From Gammaproteobacteria bacterium (GTDB lineage: Bacteria; Pseudomonadota; Gammaproteobacteria; Eutrophobiales; Eutrophobiaceae): DNA of 64,000 nt. The notes under the pieces are model-generated. The model searched no databases, was not told the origin of the DNA, and saw only the letters and a program-made list of their open reading frames with translations. The DNA is taken from positions 3,328,689 through 3,392,688 of the forward strand of contig CBDEUD010000003.1 of the NCBI GenBank assembly GCA_965243115.1. The letters run 5' to 3'. A program made the position numbers and the translations under genes. Shown in pieces: positions 1-9,909 of the stretch (positions are counted from its first letter, which is position 1; the number at the start of each line of letters is the position of its first letter).

Positions 1-1190
1 GCTGTAATCCAGAACGTCAAACCCTTCGCCACCATCTATCTCGTCAGCCCCCGCGCCACCTGCCAGTATGTCATCCCCGCCTCCACCCAGAAGACTGTCG
101 GCACCCTCACCGCCGCGCAATACGTCATCATCAGCGTCACCGTTCAGTACATCGTCTCCCGCATCACCCACCAGGCTGTCCTCGCCCGAACTCCCCGACA
201 TCACGTCATCGCCAGCTCCGCCCAGAAGACTGTCAGCACCCTCACCACCATCCAGCACATCATCTCCCGCATCACCCACCAGGCTGTCCTCACCAGCGCC
301 ACCGTCCAGTACGTCATCCCCCATATTACCCGCCAGGCTGTCATTACCGCCCCGACCCCACAACCGGTCATCTCCCTCCTGGCCCCATAACCCGTCATCA
401 CCGGCGCCGCCGTCCAACTCATCCGCTCCCCCATCGCCCGCTATCGAATCAGCCCCCGCGCCGCCCGTCAAACGATCCGCAAACGCCGAACCCCACAGGC
501 TCTCCATGTTCGCAACCCGGTCACCCTCCGCATCGCCCCCGGCGCCGGTACCCGCCGCAAGGTCCACCACTACCCCCACCGGCGACCGGCTGTAATCCAG
601 AACGTCAAACCCCTCGCCACCATCTATCTCGTCAGCCCCCGCGCCACCTGCCAGTATGTCATCCCCGCCTCCACCCAGAAGACTGTCGGCACCCTCACCG
701 CCGCGCAGCACATCTTGCCCCGAACCGCCGTCCAGTTCGTCGTCGCCGGCATCGCCCTGCAAACTGTCAGCGTCCAACCCGCCGGCCAGCACGTCGTTAC
801 CCTCCCCACCCTGTAAACTGTCAGCACCGGCGCCGCCCGCCAGTGTGTCGTCTCCCGCATCTCCCAACAGGTTGTCCTCCCCCGGACCGCCGTCCAGTTC
901 ATCGTCCCCTGCATCACCCGTCAGGCTGTCAGCGCCGGCCCGCCCCCACAGCCGGTCATCCCCCTCATGTCCCCACAACCGGTCGTCTCCGCCACCACCG
1001 TCCAACTCGTCCGCTCCCCCATCGCCCGCTATCGAATCAGCCCCCGCGCCGCCCGTCAGACGATCCGCAAACGCCGAGCCCCACAGGCTCTCCATATTCA
1101 GGACCCTGTCCCCTTCAGCATCACCACCCGACGTCTCACCCGTCACAAAATTCACCTGCACCCCCACCGGCGACTGGCTGTAGTCCAGCA
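1..1190. repeat. 588-bp tandem super-repeat inside the RTX gene (units start at 1, 589 and 1177)
   Basis: GCTGTAATCCAGAACGTCAAACCC... at position 1 recurs at 589 with one mismatch over about 118 nt. The unit ends (about 405-588 and 993-1176) are also near-identical. A diverged third unit starts at 1177. Confidence 0.85.
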
Positions 1191-2034
1191 CATCAATACC
1201 GGCGCCACCGTCAATCACGTCGGTCCCGGCCTCACCCGCCAGCATATCGTCCCCCTCGCCACCCCGCAGGCTGTCCATGCCCTCGCCGCCGCGCAGGACA
1301 TCGTCCCCCGAACCGCCGTCCAGGATGTCATCGCCCGCATAGCCGTTCAGATAATTGCCTCCGTCATCTCCCATAAGGATATCTGCAAAAGCCGACCCCC
1401 AGACGTACTCAATGCCGGCGATCTTGTCACCCTGAGCATGCCCCCCGGTAACGATACCATCGAGCAGGCTCACCCTGACGCCGGTGTCCGATTCCCTGTA
1501 ATCCGCTGCGTCCAGGCCATTGCCGCCGTCAAGGACATCGGCCCCGGAACCGCCTGCCAGCGTGTCGTCCCCGGCTTCACCCCGCAGCCTGTCCATACCT
1601 TCACCGCCGCGCAGGCTGTCATCGCCGCCGCCGCCCACCAGGGCATCCGCGCCGGGTCCGCCGATAAGTGTATTCATACCGCCGCCACCGGTCAGGACAT
1701 CGTCAAAGGCAGATCCCCAGATATTCTCCACGCCGGTAATCACGTCCCCTCCGGCATGGCCGCCCAGCGCGGTCCCATCGGCCAGGTTGACCCTGACACC
1801 GGCATCAGAACCGCCATAGTCCAGGGTGTCGATGCCGCCGCTCCCGTCTATCACGTCCGCTCCCGCTCCCCCCCAGATCAGGTTGTCCCCGGGGTCGCCG
1901 ATAAGCGTATCGGCATCCGAACCGCCATACAGATCGTAACCAACATCGACTCCCCTGTTGGTCAACAGTATGAGCACCACCGCCAGGGTAAGCCCCAGGA
2001 TCAGCAAGTCGGTAACGGAGATAAGCGGTTTCAT
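1..2034 (-). CDS. RTX (hemolysin-type Ca-binding repeat) protein, N-terminal part; gene runs off the left window edge
   Basis: My own minus-strand translation from the ATG at comp(2032-2034) gives MKPLISVTDLLILGLTLAVVLILLTNRGVDVGYDLYGGSDADTLIGDPGDNLIWGGAGADVIDG..., followed by dozens of GGxGxD nonapeptides. There is no stop before position 1, so it is absent from the ORF track. The P/S/A-rich + strand ORFs here are wrong frames of this gene. Confidence 0.85.
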   Translation of the reverse strand, partial: MKPLISVTDLLILGLTLAVVLILLTNRGVDVGYDLYGGSDADTLIGDPGDNLIWGGAGADVIDGSGGIDTLDYGGSDAGVRVNLADGTALGGHAGGDVITGVENIWGSAFDDVLTGGGGMNTLIGGPGADALVGGGGDDSLRGGEGMDRLRGEAGDDTLAGGSGADVLDGGNGLDAADYRESDTGVRVSLLDGIVTGGHAQGDKIAGIEYVWGSAFADILMGDDGGNYLNGYAGDDILDGGSGDDVLRGGEGMDSLRGGEGDDMLAGEAGTDVIDGGAGIDVLDYSQSPVGVQVNFVTGETSGGDAEGDRVLNMESLWGSAFADRLTGGAGADSIAGDGGADELDGGGGDDRLWGHEGDDRLWGRAGADSLTGDAGDDELDGGPGEDNLLGDAGDDTLAGGAGADSLQGGEGNDVLAGGLDADSLQGDAGDDELDGGSGQDVLRGGEGADSLLGGGGDDILAGGAGADEIDGGEGFDVLDYSRSPVGVVVDLAAGTGAGGDAEGDRVANMESLWGSAFADRLTGGAGADSIAGDGGADELDGGAGDDGLWGQEGDDRLWGRGGNDSLAGNMGDDVLDGGAGEDSLVGDAGDDVLDGGEGADSLLGGAGDDVMSGSSGEDSLVGDAGDDVLNGDADDDVLRGGEGADSLLGGGGDDILAGGAGADEIDGGEGFDVLDYS

Positions 2035-2076
2035 TATTCAGTTTTCAGTTGTCGCTACAAAAAAGCCGGAACTGTC

Positions 2077-4101
2077 TCAGCCAGCCATATTGTCATGGAT
2101 TTCCAGGCTGAATTCCTTGATGCGCGCTATCTCGTCGCGTATCTCCGCGGCCCGTTCGAATTCCAGGTCGCGGGCATGCCGGTACATCTGCTCTTCCAAC
2201 TGGCTGATTTTCTTCAGCAGCAGGTCCGGGGGCATATCCATATAGCCGGGTTTTTGCTCAGCCACTTTCCCATAACGGCGCGCCTGGCCGCGCTGGTCGC
2301 GGTAAGCCCCTTCAAGGATATCGGTGACTGCCTTGCGGATGCCCTGGGGCGTGATGCCGTGCAGGTCGTTAAATCGCTGTTGTTTATCCCGGCGCCGGTC
2401 GGTTTCCCGCACCGCGCGCTCGATGGAACCGGTTACCGTGTCGGCATACATGATGGCCTTGCCGTTGATGTTGCGGGCGGCGCGTCCTACGGTCTGGATC
2501 AAGGTGGTCTCGGATCGTAAAAAACCTTCCTTGTCGGCGTCCAGGATCGCCACCAGGGATACTTCCGGCATGTCCAGCCCTTCCCGCAGCAGGTTAATCC
2601 CGACCAGCACGTCGAAATTCCCCAGGCGCAGGTCGCGGATGATCTCAACGCGTTCCACCGTGTCGATATCGGAGTGCAGGTAACGCACCTTGACGCCGTG
2701 CTCGGCCAGGTAGTCGGTCAGGTCCTCCGCCATGCGCTTGGTCAGGGTGGTGACCAGCACCCGTTCGTTGCGTTGCTCGCGCAGACGGATTTCCGACAAC
2801 AGGTCGTCCACCTGCGTGGCGACCGGCCGGATTTCCACATCCGGGTCGACCAGGCCCGTGGGACGCACCAGCTGTTCGATAACCTCATCGGACCGGTCAC
2901 GCTCATAAGGACCCGGCGTTGCCGATACGAACACCGTTTGCGGCGCCAGGTATTCAAACTCGTCGAAACGCAGCGGCCGGTTGTCCAGGGCGCAGGGCAG
3001 GCGGAAACCGTATTCCACCAGGTTCTCCTTGCGCGAACGGTCGCCGCGGTACATGGCGCCCAACTGGGGCACGGTGACGTGGCTTTCATCCACCACCAGC
3101 AAGGCATTGTGGGGCAGATAGTCAAACAGGGTCGGCGGCGGTTCACCGGGCCGCCTGCCGGACAGGTGCCGGGAATAGTTCTCAATGCCCGTGCAGTAAC
3201 CGATTTCCATCATCATCTCCAGGTCAAACCGGGTACGTTGCTCCAGGCGTTGAAATTCGACCAGCTTGTTGGCCTGGCGTAATTGCTCCAGGCGTTCCGC
3301 CAGTTCCTCCCTGATGGCTTCTATGGCGTCCAGGATAATCTGGCGTTCGGTGACGTAATGGGTCTTGGGGTGAATGGTGATGCGCGGCACCTGTTTGTGT
3401 ATCTCACCGGTCAGCGGATCAAAGATCGAAATCGATTCGATCTCATCGTCGAACAACTCGACCCGGATCCCCTCGCGTTCCGACTCGGCCGGATAGACGT
3501 CGATAATGTCGCCTCGCACGCGGTACGTGGCGCGGTGCAGTTCCACCTCGTTACGGGTATATTGCATCTCGGCAAGCCGGCGCAGGATAAAGCGCTGGTC
3601 CATGCGCTCGCCCCGGTCCAGGTGCAACACCATCTTCAGGTAGGCCTGGGGATCGCCCAGGCCGTATATGGCGGAAACGGTGGCAACGATGATGGTGTCC
3701 GGACGCTCCAGCAACGCCTTGGTGGCGGACAGGCGCATCTGTTCGATGTGCTCATTGATGGATGCGTCCTTCTCGATGTACGTGTCCGTGGAAGGGACGT
3801 AAGCCTCCGGCTGGTAATAATCGTAGTAAGACACGAAGTACTCCACGGCGTTGCCCGGGAAGAACTCCCGCATTTCGCCGTATAACTGCGCGGCCAGGGT
3901 CTTGTTCGGCGCCAGGATCAGCGTGGGACGCTGTATCTTCTCGACCAGGTTGGCGATGGTAAAGGTCTTGCCGGAACCCGTCACGCCCAGCAGCGTCTGC
4001 TGTGCAATCCCGGACCCGATTGAATGGTATAATGCTTTGATAGCCTCGGGTTGATCGCCCGCAGGAGAAAAGTCAGCCTGTAATTTGAATTTCTTTGTCA
4101 T
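2077..4101 (-). CDS. uvrB: Excinuclease ABC subunit B
   Basis: The 706-aa ORF carries [10 protein letters not shown] (Walker A), helicase motifs and a C-terminal UVR motif ([13 protein letters not shown]). I place the start at the internal ATG ([18 protein letters not shown]...), which matches normal UvrB N-termini. Confidence 0.95.
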   Translation of the reverse strand: MTKKFKLQADFSPAGDQPEAIKALYHSIGSGIAQQTLLGVTGSGKTFTIANLVEKIQRPTLILAPNKTLAAQLYGEMREFFPGNAVEYFVSYYDYYQPEAYVPSTDTYIEKDASINEHIEQMRLSATKALLERPDTIIVATVSAIYGLGDPQAYLKMVLHLDRGERMDQRFILRRLAEMQYTRNEVELHRATYRVRGDIIDVYPAESEREGIRVELFDDEIESISIFDPLTGEIHKQVPRITIHPKTHYVTERQIILDAIEAIREELAERLEQLRQANKLVEFQRLEQRTRFDLEMMMEIGYCTGIENYSRHLSGRRPGEPPPTLFDYLPHNALLVVDESHVTVPQLGAMYRGDRSRKENLVEYGFRLPCALDNRPLRFDEFEYLAPQTVFVSATPGPYERDRSDEVIEQLVRPTGLVDPDVEIRPVATQVDDLLSEIRLREQRNERVLVTTLTKRMAEDLTDYLAEHGVKVRYLHSDIDTVERVEIIRDLRLGNFDVLVGINLLREGLDMPEVSLVAILDADKEGFLRSETTLIQTVGRAARNINGKAIMYADTVTGSIERAVRETDRRRDKQQRFNDLHGITPQGIRKAVTDILEGAYRDQRGQARRYGKVAEQKPGYMDMPPDLLLKKISQLEEQMYRHARDLEFERAAEIRDEIARIKEFSLEIHDNMAG

Positions 4102-4250
4102 AGCCTGGTTGAACCGCATTATAATACAGGAATAGGTGTCCCGAAGCAGAACACGGCGGCAGACGTTATCCGGCGTTTTTGTAATCAACCTGAACAAATA
4201 TCAGACAGACTGTTATCGCCCGGCACATTACTTGCAAAGAGGATACCCAC

Positions 4251-5435
4251 TTGGAAATCAGAGTTGCCCATCGCGCCGCGAGCATCAAGCCTTCCCCTAC
4301 CCTCGCCGTCACCGCCAAGGCTGCGGAATTAAAAGCCGCCGGCCGCGACATCATCGCCCTGAGCGCGGGCGAGCCCGATTTCGATACGCCGCAACATATC
4401 AAGGAGGCCGCAACCAGGGCCATCCGCGACGGCAAGACTAAATACACCGCGGCCGGCGGCATGCCGGAACTCAAACAGGCTGTTGCCGACAAGTTCCGGC
4501 GTGAGAACGACCTGGTGTACGACCCGCAGCAGATCCTCGTTTCCTGCGGGGCAAAACACAGCATCTACAACCTGATGCAGGCCCTGCTCAACCCGGGAGA
4601 TGAAGTGATCATCCCCGCGCCGTACTGGGTTTCCTATCCGGACATGGCGAAACTGGCAGGGGCGGAACCCGTAGCGATCCGGGCCGGAATTGAACAGCGT
4701 TTCAAAATCACCGGCAAGCAACTGGCCAGGTACATTACCGACAAGACCCGCCTGCTCATGCTCAACAGCCCGTCAAACCCCACCGGGGTCAGTTATTCCG
4801 GGACGGAACTGGAGGATATCGCAGCGGTGCTCCTGGAGCATCCGGACATCATCATCCTGACGGATGACATCTACGAGCATATCCTGTGGGGGCAGGACAG
4901 CTTTAAAAACATCGTCAACGTGTGTCCGGAACTGTTTCACAGGACGGTGGTGGTCAACGGGTTATCCAAGGCCTACTCCATGACCGGCTGGCGCATCGGT
5001 TTCCTGGGTGGTCCACCGTCCCTGGTCAGGGCGGCGCAGAAGATCCAGTCGCAAAGCACCTCCAACCCATCCTCCGTCTCGCAATACGCCGCCGTGGCCG
5101 CGCTGAACGGCGACCAGACCTATATCCGCGAGAGCACGGCGATCTTCAGACAGCGCCACGATTTCGTCCACGCGGGCCTGAACGGCATCGACGGCGTCGA
5201 CTGCACCGCGTGCGACGGCACGTTCTACAGCTTCCCCAACATGCAGGGCGTCATCGACCGGCTGGACGGCGTCAACAACGATGTCGAACTGGGTGAATAT
5301 CTGCTGGAACAGGCGGAGGTTGCCCTGGTGCCCGGCTCGGCCTTCGGGGCGAAGGGCTACATGCGCCTGTCCTACGCCACCAGCATGGAAAACCTGGAGA
5401 CGGCGATAGCAAGGTTGAGGGATGCGCTGGGTTGA
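4251..5435 (+). CDS. Aspartate/aromatic aminotransferase (class I PLP enzyme)
   Basis: Motifs seen: SAGEPDFDTPQHIKEAA, NSPSNPTG and SKAYSMTGWRIG (PLP-lysine motif). TTG start. Divergent from uvrB. Confidence 0.9.
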   Translation: MEIRVAHRAASIKPSPTLAVTAKAAELKAAGRDIIALSAGEPDFDTPQHIKEAATRAIRDGKTKYTAAGGMPELKQAVADKFRRENDLVYDPQQILVSCGAKHSIYNLMQALLNPGDEVIIPAPYWVSYPDMAKLAGAEPVAIRAGIEQRFKITGKQLARYITDKTRLLMLNSPSNPTGVSYSGTELEDIAAVLLEHPDIIILTDDIYEHILWGQDSFKNIVNVCPELFHRTVVVNGLSKAYSMTGWRIGFLGGPPSLVRAAQKIQSQSTSNPSSVSQYAAVAALNGDQTYIRESTAIFRQRHDFVHAGLNGIDGVDCTACDGTFYSFPNMQGVIDRLDGVNNDVELGEYLLEQAEVALVPGSAFGAKGYMRLSYATSMENLETAIARLRDALG

Positions 5436-5469
5436 AATTCTATGTATAATCCGCGTCCCAGCCAACTAT

Positions 5470-5545
5470 TCCCCGGTAGCTCAGTCGGTAGAGCGGGTGA
5501 CTGTTAATCACTAGGTCGGCGGTTCGAGCCCGTCCCGGGGAGCCA
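5470..5545 (+). tRNA. tRNA-Asn (anticodon GTT)
   Basis: Cloverleaf folded by hand. Acceptor TCCCCGG/CCGGGGA, anticodon loop CTGTTAA, T-loop TTCGAGC, encoded CCA. Confidence 0.9.
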
Positions 5546-5628
5546 GTTTAATCAAAGGAGTTACGTGATTTCAGGAAATGGCGGTAAAACCCCGTGCCAC
5601 CGCTGTGTCGACACCGGAGAGGGGGTGT

Positions 5629-6516
5629 TCATCCCCTCTCGTTCTTTACCAGGTCACCCAGGTACGACCGGAACCCGGCGCCGATGGCCTCGTGCCTGAG
5701 CGCATACTCGACGTTGGCCTGCGCCAGGCCCAGGACTGATCCGCAGTCGTAGCGCGTTCCCCGGAACTCACACAGGTATACGTCTTCCTTTCCCAGCAGC
5801 GCGGCGATGGCGTCGGTCAACTGGATCTCGTTTCCCGCGCCCCTGGGCGTGGTTTCCAGCAACGGCATGATGCCGGGCGTGAGGATGTAGCGCCCGACCA
5901 CTGCCAGGGTTGAGGGCGCCTCATCCGGCGCGGGTTTTTCCACGATGGACTGCATTTTTTCAGCGCCGCCGGCGCCGACATCCGTCTCGACGATCCCGTA
6001 CCGGGAAACCTGGTCGCGGGCCACGTTCTCCACTGCCACTACGCTGGCATTTTTCTCCCGGTACAGCTCCATCATCTGCTGCAGGCAGGTGCGCTGCGGG
6101 TGATGGATCAGGTCATCGGGCAGGATCACGGCAAACGGTTCATCAGCGAGCAGGTGCCGGGCGCAGAGGACCGCATGGCCCAGCCCCAGGGGCACAGGCT
6201 GGATGACGTAGCGGCAATCCGTGCCGGGCGGAGGGATATTCTGCACCAGTTCGAGCAGCTCCTGTTTGCCCCTGCGCGCCAGTTCCTGTTCCAGCATGGC
6301 ATTGGGTTCGAAATGGTCCTGGATGATTGTTTTTGCCGGCGCGGTAACAAAGATGATTTCCCTGATGCCGGCGCTGAGCGCTTCCTCGACGGCATACTGG
6401 ATGATGGGGCGGTCCACCAGGGTCAACATCTCCTTGGCAAGCGCCTTCGTGGCCGGCAACGTGCGCGTGCCCAGGCCCGCAACGGGCAAGACAACCCTGG
6501 TGATGTTGCGCGCCAC
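5629..6516 (-). CDS. galU: UTP--glucose-1-phosphate uridylyltransferase
   Basis: VLPVAGLGTRTLPATKALAKEML (GxGTRxLPxTK) plus full-length GalU-like sequence. Confidence 0.9.
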   Translation of the reverse strand: MARNITRVVLPVAGLGTRTLPATKALAKEMLTLVDRPIIQYAVEEALSAGIREIIFVTAPAKTIIQDHFEPNAMLEQELARRGKQELLELVQNIPPPGTDCRYVIQPVPLGLGHAVLCARHLLADEPFAVILPDDLIHHPQRTCLQQMMELYREKNASVVAVENVARDQVSRYGIVETDVGAGGAEKMQSIVEKPAPDEAPSTLAVVGRYILTPGIMPLLETTPRGAGNEIQLTDAIAALLGKEDVYLCEFRGTRYDCGSVLGLAQANVEYALRHEAIGAGFRSYLGDLVKNERG

Positions 6517-6546
6517 TAGCGCTTGTCCCTGTCCGGGAGATGCGGA

Positions 6547-8430
6547 TCAGGCAACCTTGACGATATCAAGCGGGTCTCCATCTTTGTATTGCGGGACCAG
6601 TTCCGCCAGGATGCGTTTAATTTCGCGCTCGTCGGCAGCTACGAGAGACTGTTCCAGACGGTCAATCACCTGCTTCACCCTGCGCCAGTCAGCCGGGGCG
6701 TGTCTTGCGCGAAACACCTTGTTGTTAGCGGTCGTTTCCTTGATTTCATCCTCATAAAACAACTCTTCATACAGTTTTTCACCGGGGCGCAGGCCCACAT
6801 ACTGGATTTCCATGTCCTCACCGGGTGTTTTGCCGGACAAGCGGATCATCTGTTCGGCCAGGTAGTCGATGCGTACCGGGTCTCCCATGTCGAGTACGTA
6901 AATCCCGCCCTCCTCTTCCACCACGCTGGCCTGCAGGATCAGCTGGCACGCCTCCCTGATGGTCATGAAGTACCGGGTCATATCGGGATGGGTCACGGTC
7001 AACGGGCCGCCTGCCCGTATCTGTTCCCTGAACAGCGGGACCACGCTGCCGTCCGAGCCCAGCACGTTGCCGAACCTGACCGTGATGAAACGCGTGGAGG
7101 AAACCGTATTCATGCCCTCGCAGTAAATCTCGCCGGTACGCTTGGTTGCGCCGAGGATGCTGGTCGGGTTCACCGCCTTGTCGGTGGATATGAAGACGAA
7201 CTTGTCGCAGTTGAACCGGCTTGCCGCTTCCGCCGCGACCCGGGTGCCGGTAATATTATTCTTGACGGCTTCGGCGGGATGCGCCTGCAGGATGGGTACG
7301 TGTTTATATGCGGCGGCATGAAATACCATGTCAGGCCGGTAACGCTGCGTAACTTTCTCCAGCACCTGCCGGTCGCATACGTCGCCCAGGATAGCGACCA
7401 GGTTGAGTTGCGGATAGCGGTTTTCCAGTTCGGTCTGTACCCGGTACAGGTTAAACTCGTTACGCTCGAAAACAACCAGCGCGTCCGGCGCGAAGCCGGC
7501 GACCTGCCGGCACAGTTCCGTGCCGATTGAACCGCCGCCGCCGGTCACCATGATTACCTTGCCGGACAGGCCGGCCCGCATCAGCGCGCGGTCCAGTTCG
7601 ATTTTTTCCCTGCCCAGCAAATCCTCGATAGAGACTTCCTGGATGGAACTGACGGTGACCTGCCCCGAGATCAGGTCCTCCAGCCTGGGCACCGTTTTAA
7701 ACTCTGTACCGGCATCTTCGCAAATGCCGACCAGGCTTTGCATACGGGCGGACGAGAGTGAGGGGATGGCGATGACAACCAGGTCCACGGACTGCTGTTC
7801 CGTTACCACCGGGATATCCTCGAACCCGCCCAGCACCTTGATCCCGTGAATCTCCCGGTTGAGCTTGTCCGGGTCATCGTCGATCATGCCTACGGGAAGG
7901 TATACACCCCGGGCATGCTGCAGCATGTCCCGCACCAGCATCTGGGCGGATTCGCCGGCGCCGATGATCAGTACCCGTTTCCCGCCGCTGACCCGCATGC
8001 GCTGGTCCTTCAGGGCGCGGTATAACGCCCTGTTGCCGCCAAGCAGTATGAACAGCAGGATGATGTACAACGGGATCACCGACCTGGGCACGTGCTCCAT
8101 CCCGGTGATGACAAATATCACCAGGGTTGCAATCAATGCGCCCACGTAAACGGATTTGCCGATACGGATGAAGTCATACAGGGAGGCAAAGCGCCAGATG
8201 CCGCGGTACAGGCCGAATACGACATAACTCAATGACTGGCAAAGAATTACTACCGGCAGCATGAGAGTCGCCACCTGCAGGGAGTTGTCCGGGATCGTCC
8301 CCAGGTTGAACCGCAGCCAGTAGGCCAGGTACCAGGCCGCGGGGATCATCAGGAGATCGTGCAGAAATACGCCCGTGCGGATATACGGGCGCAAGACTGA
8401 TGGGTTTATTTTCAGTTTACTGAGCATCAA
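6547..8430 (-). CDS. Membrane-anchored nucleotide-sugar 4,6-dehydratase/epimerase (WbpM/CapD/PglF family)
   Basis: Four N-terminal hydrophobic segments, two Rossmann motifs (LIIGAGESA, VTGGGGSIG) and a CapD-like C-terminal domain. Confidence 0.85.
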   Translation of the reverse strand: MMLSKLKINPSVLRPYIRTGVFLHDLLMIPAAWYLAYWLRFNLGTIPDNSLQVATLMLPVVILCQSLSYVVFGLYRGIWRFASLYDFIRIGKSVYVGALIATLVIFVITGMEHVPRSVIPLYIILLFILLGGNRALYRALKDQRMRVSGGKRVLIIGAGESAQMLVRDMLQHARGVYLPVGMIDDDPDKLNREIHGIKVLGGFEDIPVVTEQQSVDLVVIAIPSLSSARMQSLVGICEDAGTEFKTVPRLEDLISGQVTVSSIQEVSIEDLLGREKIELDRALMRAGLSGKVIMVTGGGGSIGTELCRQVAGFAPDALVVFERNEFNLYRVQTELENRYPQLNLVAILGDVCDRQVLEKVTQRYRPDMVFHAAAYKHVPILQAHPAEAVKNNITGTRVAAEAASRFNCDKFVFISTDKAVNPTSILGATKRTGEIYCEGMNTVSSTRFITVRFGNVLGSDGSVVPLFREQIRAGGPLTVTHPDMTRYFMTIREACQLILQASVVEEEGGIYVLDMGDPVRIDYLAEQMIRLSGKTPGEDMEIQYVGLRPGEKLYEELFYEDEIKETTANNKVFRARHAPADWRRVKQVIDRLEQSLVAADEREIKRILAELVPQYKDGDPLDIVKVA

Positions 8431-8489
8431 AGCCCTGCATACAGTACTCGTTTATCCGGTTCAGATAACCGTATTCTAGCCCGGATTCA

Positions 8490-9056
8490 TCAACCACCGG
8501 AACTTTTATCGATCCGATCACCGGCGCCCATGCCGAATGCGGTCAATGCAAGGTATTGAAAATACTTGTATATTGAAAAATCACCAATCATCTGTGCATC
8601 CGTCCTGGCAAGCAGTTCCGGCGTAGACATATCTATCTTCCTCAGTTGCGACAAGCCGGTTATCCCGGGCAGCACCTCGAAAACTCCCAGACCGTCCCGG
8701 GCAAGGATCAGCTCAGTCTGGTTGAATAAACACGGCCTGGGACCCACCAGGCTCATCTCTCCCCTGAGCACGTTGACCAGTTGCGGCAACTCGTCGAACT
8801 TGGTTTTCCTCAGCAGCCTGCCGGTTGCCGTCAAGGCGCTTTCACTCACCAGGTGCGTAGCCAGGGAGGGCGTGCCGGATTTCATGGTGCGGAATTTCAA
8901 AAGCACGAACGCTTTTTTTTTGTAACCGACCCTTTCCTGCAAATATACGGGGGAACCCGTCTCGAGCAGGATCAGCATGTAAATCAGCAACAACAAAGGT
9001 GACAGCAGTACAAGAGCGATAATGGATAATACGATGTCAAACAATCTGATCATCAT
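8490..9056 (-). CDS. Initiating undecaprenyl-phosphate sugar-phosphate transferase (small PglC/WbaP C-terminal type)
   Basis: One N-terminal TM segment, then KFRTM...DELPQLVNVLRGEMSLVGPRP, typical of the bacterial sugar transferase family. Confidence 0.85.
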   Translation of the reverse strand: MMIRLFDIVLSIIALVLLSPLLLLIYMLILLETGSPVYLQERVGYKKKAFVLLKFRTMKSGTPSLATHLVSESALTATGRLLRKTKFDELPQLVNVLRGEMSLVGPRPCLFNQTELILARDGLGVFEVLPGITGLSQLRKIDMSTPELLARTDAQMIGDFSIYKYFQYLALTAFGMGAGDRIDKSSGG

Positions 9057-9909
9057 GCAAGGCCTTGCTTATCTCCTGCTCCATTGAATATGGCGGTCGC
9101 CAGGCGAGAGTCTCTATTGTGTGATCGATATCCAGAGTCAAAGAACCGGTCAGTTTGCTCACTGCCTGTGTTTTACCGGCAATCAAACCCGCCAGGTACA
9201 TCAGGGAATAGGGAACAGGGATAATCAAGCCGGTTTTATCCAGACTCTTGTACATCATTTTGATCAGATCCGCCAGCGTTACGGTGATATGGTCGCTTAC
9301 CAGAAACGTCCGGTTATATGAATTCTCATTGGCCAGACAGGTAATGATGAGATCACACAAGTTGTTGACCGAACAAAAAGAACGTTCCGATTTGATTGAA
9401 CCCAGCGGCATGACCGGCAACTTCCTCACTAACCTGGTGAGAGTCCTGAAGCTCCCTTTGGCGCCGGCACCGTAAACCAGTGGCGGTCTTATTATCGTCA
9501 GGTTTACACCGGTATTCTTAAACGCCCGTTTCAACCCTTGTTCCGCTTCCATTTTTGAAACCGAATAAGCATCATAGGGGTTATAAGGACTGTGAGCGTC
9601 AAAAGGAGATGCCCCGGAGAATTCTCCCAGGACCCCTGCGGAACTCACGAAAACGAAGTGTCTTATATTGGAACCGGCGGCTTTTTCGGCAAGGTTCAGG
9701 GTGTAAGAGAGGTTGGTTTTCACGCTCTTTTTCAAATGCACCCTTGCCGCCAGATGGATTATCGCGACAAATTCCTCCCAGTCGGACGGGTAGATGAAGT
9801 CCTCGTCAATTCTTTCCAGGGCCAGGTAATCAAAATCGGCCTCGTCGAGATGTCTGACCAGGTGCGAACCGATGAAGCCGCGCGCTCCGGTTATCGCTAC
9901 CTTGCGCAT
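9037..9909 (-). CDS. NAD-dependent epimerase/dehydratase (SDR)
   Basis: ITGARGFIGSHL Rossmann motif and YSVSK (YxxxK). Noticeably AT-richer than the flanks by eye. Confidence 0.8.
   Translation of the reverse strand: MRKVAITGARGFIGSHLVRHLDEADFDYLALERIDEDFIYPSDWEEFVAIIHLAARVHLKKSVKTNLSYTLNLAEKAAGSNIRHFVFVSSAGVLGEFSGASPFDAHSPYNPYDAYSVSKMEAEQGLKRAFKNTGVNLTIIRPPLVYGAGAKGSFRTLTRLVRKLPVMPLGSIKSERSFCSVNNLCDLIITCLANENSYNRTFLVSDHITVTLADLIKMMYKSLDKTGLIIPVPYSLMYLAGLIAGKTQAVSKLTGSLTLDIDHTIETLAWRPPYSMEQEISKALHDDQIV

Noticed and set aside
68-2520. Several + strand ORFs (175-517 aa) rich in P, S, A and R
   Set aside because: They are alternative frames, on the opposite strand, of the minus-strand RTX gene (and of the uvrB 3' end). 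The GGxGxD repeats only appear on the minus strand.
4190-4204. Possible LexA (SOS) box upstream of uvrB: CTGAACAAATATCAG
   Set aside because: The spacing is CTG-N9-CAG rather than the canonical CTG-N10-CAG, and the flanks do not fit TACTGT...ACAGTA. This is insufficient evidence.
5617-5640. Hairpin GAGAGGGG-N8-CCCCTCTC as a galU terminator
   Set aside because: It overlaps the galU stop codon and last codons and has no U-tract, so it is too weak to annotate.
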